Assembly (NCBI RefSeq): GCF_028641065.1
Contig: NC_073406.1
Coordinates: 6,200,001-6,264,000, forward strand
From: Leucoraja erinacea
Lineage: Eukaryota
Length of the DNA: 64,000 bases
Direction of reading: 5' to 3'
Shown: positions 63,420-64,000 of the stretch, piece by piece
How positions within the stretch are numbered: the first letter of the stretch is position 1
Layout: each line of letters opens with the position of its first letter
Position numbers and translations under genes: made by a program
Notes under the pieces: model-generated
Told to the model about the DNA's origin: nothing
Seen by the model: the letters and a program-made list of their open reading frames with translations, nothing else
The model's database searches: none

Positions 63420-63900
63420 ATCAGAGCTCCCGTTCTCGCAACCGCAGGAGATGCAATACCTGTTCCTATCCCTCCTCCCTCGACTGCCCAGGGACCAACA
63501 ACAGTTCTTTCAGGTGAGGCAGAGGTTCACCTGCACCTCCTCCAACCTCATCTACTGTATCCGCTGCTCCAGGTGTCAGCTCCTATATATCGGCGAGACC
63601 AAGCGCAGACTCAGCGATCGCATCGCTGTACACCTTCGCCCAGTCCTCCTCGGCCTACATGATCTCCCAGTTGTCAAACACTTTAACTCCCCTTCCCATT
63701 TCCACACTGACCTTTCTGTCCTGGGCCTCCTCCATTGTCAGAGTGAGGCCAAATGTAAATTAGAGGAATAGCATATCATATTTCACTTGGGCAGCTTACA
63801 ACCCAGTAGTATAAATATTGATTTCTCTAACTTCAAGAAACCCTTGCATCCCCTCTCTCATCATCCCTCCCCCATCCTAGTCATCATATTAGTTTTACTA
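63420..63900 (+). mobile_element. Penelope-like element, GIY-YIG endonuclease 3' fragment
   Basis: FQVRQRFTCTSSNLIYCIRCSRCQLLYIGETKRRLSDRIAVHLR...VVKHFN is a Penelope GIY-YIG signature; followed directly by the short repeat in inverted orientation. Confidence 0.9.
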
Positions 63901-64000
63901 TGTAGGAAGGAACTGCTGAAGCTGGTTTACACAGAAGATTGACACAAAATGCTTGAGTAACTCAGTGGGACAGGCAGCATCTCTGGAGAGAAGGAATGGG

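Overview
Vertebrate genomic DNA rich in retroelements. The repeat families (CR1, V-SINE, Penelope-derived palindromic elements) point to a cartilaginous fish, probably a skate or ray; this is inference. Three intact spliced genes can be reconstructed by hand. Two are 6-exon taste receptor type 1 (TAS1R, class C GPCR) genes arranged head-to-head with 1.37 kb between start codons: gene A (minus strand, 5395-14941, 845 aa, T1R3/T1R4-type) and gene B (plus strand, 16315-26729, 837 aa, T1R1/T1R2-clade). The third is ERRFI1/MIG6 (minus strand, coding 42244-44934, 454 aa). A degenerate exon 1 of a third TAS1R lies at 580-761. The shared TAS1R promoter region carries octamer (POU) motifs. The rest is CR1, L2, RTE, Rex1 and Penelope fragments, SINEs, an orphan CpG island and a 270-nt assembly gap. 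The most abundant short repeat carries a minimal hammerhead-ribozyme-like core. All coordinates and similarities were read by eye, and mobile-element boundaries are approximate.
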